Shown: piece by piece, positions 33,858 to 37,514 of the stretch
Layout of the letters: each line of letters starts with the position of its first letter
How positions within the stretch are numbered: position 1 is the stretch's first letter
Assembly: GCA_035446665.1 (NCBI GenBank)
Contig: DAOTFQ010000001.1
Location: forward strand, 1 to 37,514
DNA from: Candidatus Dojkabacteria bacterium
Lineage (GTDB): Bacteria; Patescibacteriota; Dojkabacteria; SC72
DNA length: 37,514 nucleotides
Direction of reading: 5' to 3'
Program-made: the position numbers and the translations under genes
The notes under the pieces: generated by a model
Databases searched by the model: none
What the model was told of the DNA's origin: nothing
Seen by the model: only the letters and a program-made list of their open reading frames with translations

Positions 33858-34871
33858 TTACCTTAGGTATTTATTAACATTTTCATTGTGTTCGTCTAGA
33901 GTCTCGGCGTAATGAGGGTCCCCATCATTGTCATGAATATAGTAGTAGTAGTTGGTTTCCACTGGGTTCCAAACCGCCTCTATTGACTGTAATCCTGGAT
34001 TACAAATAGGGGTAGGGGGAAGCCCAATGTTCTTGTATGTGTTATAAGGATTGTTGTCTTCTTTAACCTCTTGTGTTATTGGATGTTTCCAATCTTTAAG
34101 GGGATAAAGTAAAGTTGCATCCGTTTGTAGTAACCAGCCCTCTTCAAATCTCTTCAAGATTATTCCCGCAATGATTGGTCTGTCATTTCCATTATACCCC
34201 TCTCTCTCAACGATACTGGCAAGGATGATGTCTTCGTATGTGTACTCCCTAGTGACCTTTGTTTTGAAGTTCTCTACTAACTTAAGGATTACCCCCTTTG
34301 CATCTACCTCGGAGGGGAAAGAGTATTTATCTGGGAAGAGGAAACCTTCTAGGTTATCTGTTTCAACCCCAAGTTCTAGTGTCTGTATAAAGATGGGATC
34401 ATTTGTAAGGGCGAGGAACTCTTCAGGAGAGAAATTCTCAGTTGCTAATTCACTGTTTACTAACTCTGCAATTTCATCTTTTCTAAGTCCCTCTGGGATA
34501 GTTACCCAGATTTCTTCCTCTCTTCCATATTGTAAGGTCTCTATTAATTCAACGATGGTTAGATTCTTAGGTAGGTTATACACTCCCGCTTGTAATGTAG
34601 AACCAAGGTTTTCTAGTTTTAGGTAAACTTTTGCATAGTAGTAATTTTTCTGGGTTATAAGATCCTCCTTGAGGAGATTTTGTAATATATTTGTTACACT
34701 CTCTCCCTCTGTTATCTCCATTCTAACTTTTTCATCACTTGAGCTATTGGGAACATACAGATTCCTTTTGTAGTCTGTAACAACTAAAGCAATCCCAATA
34801 CCGATAAGAATCAAGAAAAATGGAAAGAGTTTTGTTCCAGAAGTTTTAGATTCTTTTTGTTCTACTCTCAT
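33858..34871 (-). CDS. mltG: Endolytic murein transglycosylase MltG (YceG family)
   Basis: 337 aa with an N-terminal TM and the motifs ASIVEREG, LQTDATLLY and YNTYKNIGLPPTPICNPG. Confidence 0.92.
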   Translation of the reverse strand: MRVEQKESKTSGTKLFPFFLILIGIGIALVVTDYKRNLYVPNSSSDEKVRMEITEGESVTNILQNLLKEDLITQKNYYYAKVYLKLENLGSTLQAGVYNLPKNLTIVELIETLQYGREEEIWVTIPEGLRKDEIAELVNSELATENFSPEEFLALTNDPIFIQTLELGVETDNLEGFLFPDKYSFPSEVDAKGVILKLVENFKTKVTREYTYEDIILASIVEREGYNGNDRPIIAGIILKRFEEGWLLQTDATLLYPLKDWKHPITQEVKEDNNPYNTYKNIGLPPTPICNPGLQSIEAVWNPVETNYYYYIHDNDGDPHYAETLDEHNENVNKYLR

Positions 34872-35299
34872 TCTTTTTGTTTTTTTGAATTTAAGAATTC
34901 TTGCAGGAAAACAGTAGCAGCAATCTTGTCAATTTTTCCTTTAGAGCTTCTACTGTTTTGTCCCAAAGATGTTAGCATATTTTGTGCGCTTGTTGTAGAA
35001 AAGCTCTCGTCCCATGTGAGTATGTCTATCCTTGTAGCTTTTCTTAGTAGGTCAATAAACTTCTCTATTTTTTCTTCCGTTCTTTTCTGTTCATCTGTGA
35101 ATGATTGGGGCTTTCCTACAAGGATTGTTTTGGCCCTGTTCTCTTTTGCTATTTCAACAATCTCTTCTATAACGATTTGTATTCCTCTGTTTTTTGTTAT
35201 TGAAATAACTTCAAGAGGAGAGGCAATAATCCCTCTTGAATCAGAGATTGCTAGACCAAAATTTTTCTCTCCATAATCTATGGCTAATATAGGGTACAT
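34868..35299 (-). CDS. ruvX: Putative pre-16S rRNA nuclease / Holliday junction resolvase-like RuvX (YqgF)
   Basis: 143 aa with ILAIDYGEKNFGLAISD and a C-terminal DKIAATVFLQEFL. Its TGA stop overlaps the mltG ATG (ATGA). Confidence 0.9.
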   Translation of the reverse strand: MYPILAIDYGEKNFGLAISDSRGIIASPLEVISITKNRGIQIVIEEIVEIAKENRAKTILVGKPQSFTDEQKRTEEKIEKFIDLLRKATRIDILTWDESFSTTSAQNMLTSLGQNSRSSKGKIDKIAATVFLQEFLNSKKQKE

Positions 35300-35312
35300 A
35301 GTAATTGTATGA

Positions 35313-37139
35313 CTATTCTAATATAGCTTTAATTCTTTTTACACCAGCCCCGATATTCTCCTGTTTAACAATCTTAAACTTTCCTAACTCTCCTGTATTG
35401 CTAACGTGAGGGCCATTGCAAAGTTCAACGGAGAAGGGGGCTTCTTTGTCTCCAACGTAATAGACCTTAACAATGTCTGGGTATTTCTCTTCGAAGGAGC
35501 TTGTAGAAGAATATTTCTCTATTATTTCAAGAGCTTCTTTCTTAGGGTGTTCTTCAAAGGTTACATCCAATTCTTGGTCGATGGCTGAATTTACCAAGTC
35601 TTCTACCTGTTTTAATTCCTCTGTGGTTAGTTTCGTTTTATTAGGAAAGTCCAATCTAAGCCGTTCTGGTGTTATGTTGCTACCTTTCTGGTGAACATGT
35701 TCCCCTAGGACTTTTCTTAAAGAAGCAAGTAGTAAGTGTGTTGCAGTATGGTATCTGACGGAGATTTCAGATGTGTCTGCAAGGCCTCCCTTAAAGAGTC
35801 CTTTAGATGCATTTCTAGATTTTTCTTGGTGTTCTTTTTGTGCAGAGAAGAAATTTTGTCTATTCTCCATTGCAACATTCTTTTCCGCAAGGATCTCTTC
35901 AGTAACCTCCAGTGGTAATCCATATGTTTCGTATAGTTTAAATGCATCCTCTCCGGTTATTATTCTTTTTTGTTCAAGTAAACTGTCTAGTTCTTTGAGC
36001 CCATTTTCTAGAGTGTTGTTAAATTTGATTTCTTCTTCCTCAATTATTTTTATAATGTATTCTCTCTTTTCGTTGAGCTCTTGGTAGATAGGGGAGAACT
36101 GGTCTATTGCTACTTCAGCAACTTCTTTTGTGAATGTGTCTTTAATATTTAATTTCTTTGCATGTCTGACTGCCCTCCTAATTAATCTTCTTAGAATGTA
36201 CCCCTGTTGGTTGCTAGATGGGATAACTCCATCCATTACAATCCAGGTGGCTGCTTTTATATGGTCTACTATTATCCTTTGGGATCTTAGGGTGTCTTCA
36301 GGGTTTGCATTCCTGTTGGTATGTCTCTCAGTAATCTCCCTGATTTTCTCTAAAAGTGGTTTGTATATATCTATTTCATACACGCTATCGGTTCCCTGTA
36401 TAAGGGCACTTATTCTTTCCAAGCCCCCTCCGAAGTCAACATTGTGCCTTCTCAGGGGCTTAATGTTCTCTCCTTCTTTGAGGTATTCCATGAAAACGTT
36501 GTTTCCAATCTCTACGTATTTGCCACAACTACAACTCACGTTACAATCTTCTCCACAAGGTTCTTTCCCTGTGTCATAGAATATCTCGGAATCTGGGCCA
36601 CAAGGTCCTCCAGAATCTAATCCCCACCAATTTTCTTTTTTACCAAACTTTTGGATTCTTTCCCTCTTCCCAACCTTTGCATCAATGCCATATTCTTTGA
36701 AGAGGTCCTTCCAGACCGATATAGAGACTTCGTCTTCTGGGATATTGTCTTCTCCTCCAAAAACGGAAGCATAGATGTTATTTATATCTAATCCTAATTC
36801 TTCGACGAAAAACTCTAGAGTATATCTTAGGGCATCTTCCTTAAAGTAATCATTGAGAGACCAGTTGCCAAGCATTTCAAATGAGGTACAGTGGAAACTG
36901 TTTCCTACCTCGTCAATGTCTCCAGTTCTTACACATCGCTGTGAGTTTGTTAATCTTGTTCCTTTGGGGTGTTTCTCTCCCATTAAGAATGGCACTAGGG
37001 GAAACATTCCCGCATTAACAAATAGAACGGAAGGATCATTCTCTGGAACAAGTGGGGCACTTGGGATTTCTGCATGTCCTTTCTTTTTAAAGAAGTCCAG
37101 ATATTTGCTTCTAATTTCGTTGTATTTTAAATCTTTCAT
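35313..37139 (-). CDS. alaS: Alanine--tRNA ligase, short form (catalytic + tRNA-recognition + editing domains, no C-Ala domain)
   Basis: 608 aa with KYLDFFKKKGH, FVNAGM, GPCGPDSEIFYD, VEIGNNVFMEY and DFGGGLERI motifs. The editing motifs HTATHLL and CNGPHV are present. It ends shortly after the editing domain. Confidence 0.95.
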   Translation of the reverse strand: MKDLKYNEIRSKYLDFFKKKGHAEIPSAPLVPENDPSVLFVNAGMFPLVPFLMGEKHPKGTRLTNSQRCVRTGDIDEVGNSFHCTSFEMLGNWSLNDYFKEDALRYTLEFFVEELGLDINNIYASVFGGEDNIPEDEVSISVWKDLFKEYGIDAKVGKRERIQKFGKKENWWGLDSGGPCGPDSEIFYDTGKEPCGEDCNVSCSCGKYVEIGNNVFMEYLKEGENIKPLRRHNVDFGGGLERISALIQGTDSVYEIDIYKPLLEKIREITERHTNRNANPEDTLRSQRIIVDHIKAATWIVMDGVIPSSNQQGYILRRLIRRAVRHAKKLNIKDTFTKEVAEVAIDQFSPIYQELNEKREYIIKIIEEEEIKFNNTLENGLKELDSLLEQKRIITGEDAFKLYETYGLPLEVTEEILAEKNVAMENRQNFFSAQKEHQEKSRNASKGLFKGGLADTSEISVRYHTATHLLLASLRKVLGEHVHQKGSNITPERLRLDFPNKTKLTTEELKQVEDLVNSAIDQELDVTFEEHPKKEALEIIEKYSSTSSFEEKYPDIVKVYYVGDKEAPFSVELCNGPHVSNTGELGKFKIVKQENIGAGVKRIKAILE

Positions 37140-37181
37140 AGAGATGATTATAACAACTTCTAGGATCTTTAACTACTAAGT

Positions 37182-37514
37182 TTACTCCTGAGGGGGTTGG
37201 TTATTATTGTTTTCTTCTTTCTCTTGTTCTCTTATCTTTTGTAGTTGTTCTGACAGTTTTTGCAATTCTGATATCTCAGGAATTTCTGGTTCTGGTATGG
37301 TAGGAGATACTTCTTCCTGCTGTTTTACATCAACCACTGATCCTGGGTTTGTCTCATTTTGTGTCAGTGTAGTACTTGCTGGAGCTTGTTCAGGGATTTC
37401 TGAAGTAGGTAGTGGAGGTGGTGTTGTAGGTTCTTCCTGTTTTGGAGTCTCAGTGGTCTCTTCAATTTTAACCTCTACTTCTTCTTTCTCTATGCTAGAG
37501 GCAATCGCTTGAGG
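37182..37514 (-). CDS. 3' end of a gene encoding a P/E/T/Q-rich low-complexity C-terminal tail (5' part outside the window)
   Basis: The minus-strand frame is open from the window edge to the TAA at 37182-37184 (111 codons). It reads ...IEETTETPKQEEPTTPPPLPTSEIPEQAP...ELQKLSEQLQKIREQEKEENNNNQPPQE*. It is co-directional with alaS. The listed plus-strand ORF 37207-37512 is the Cys/Ser/Gly/Val-rich mirror image. Confidence 0.5.
   Translation of the reverse strand, partial: PQAIASSIEKEEVEVKIEETTETPKQEEPTTPPPLPTSEIPEQAPASTTLTQNETNPGSVVDVKQQEEVSPTIPEPEIPEISELQKLSEQLQKIREQEKEENNNNQPPQE

Noticed and set aside
34171-36579. Plus-strand ORFs of 104-151 aa overlapping mltG, ruvX and alaS
   Set aside because: They lie antisense to strongly conserved genes. 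Long antisense ORFs are expected in AT-rich, TGA-poor sequence.
37207-37512. 101-aa plus-strand ORF at the window end
   Set aside because: Its Cys/Ser/Gly/Val-rich composition is typical of the antisense of a P/E/T/Q-rich gene. The minus-strand frame is open to the window edge, ends in TAA at 37182 and is co-directional with alaS, so I call the minus strand instead.

Overview
AT-rich, gene-dense 37.5-kb bacterial chromosomal segment with about 34 CDS. I saw no rRNA, tRNA, CRISPR array or transposase. The shortened core enzymes, many small membrane-anchored or low-complexity surface proteins and weak Shine-Dalgarno usage suggest a reduced-genome CPR/Patescibacteria-like organism; that is inference only. 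The housekeeping backbone comprises dnaK (5' truncated), groES-groEL, murJ, comF, an ABC exporter, a folD-glyA-thyX-dcd thymidylate block, recF, lepA, rpsT, holA, an LCP protein, mltG, ruvX and alaS. The most interesting part is a roughly 7.9-kb non-housekeeping block (16439-24304) between dcd and recF. It holds a tightly coupled four-gene T4SS-derived module: a PrgI/VirB3-like protein fused to a beta-sandwich, a stand-alone VirB4-N-domain-like protein, a VirB4-like ATPase with long charged extensions, and a small coupled ORF. No relaxase, coupling protein, VirB6/VirB8 or integrase lies in the window. The same block also holds a Lon-like AAA+ protein that stops exactly where the protease domain should begin, a cohesin-like surface protein with a long P/Q-rich tail, and a Pol-beta-type nucleotidyltransferase. 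Other notable points:
- a two-domain (pseudo-dimeric) ThyX-like protein with complementary degenerate catalytic motifs;
- an ABC exporter with a degenerate signature motif and no H-loop histidine;
- a convergent trio of Ig/FN3/DUF11-like surface proteins, one carrying a TPETG+TM sorting-like signal;
- a degenerate CIRCE-like element before groES;
- recurrent extended -10 boxes 6-9 nt upstream of start codons, a leaderless geometry;
- near absence of TGA stops (1 of 34).
All functional calls come from motif recognition by eye and need profile or structure searches to confirm.
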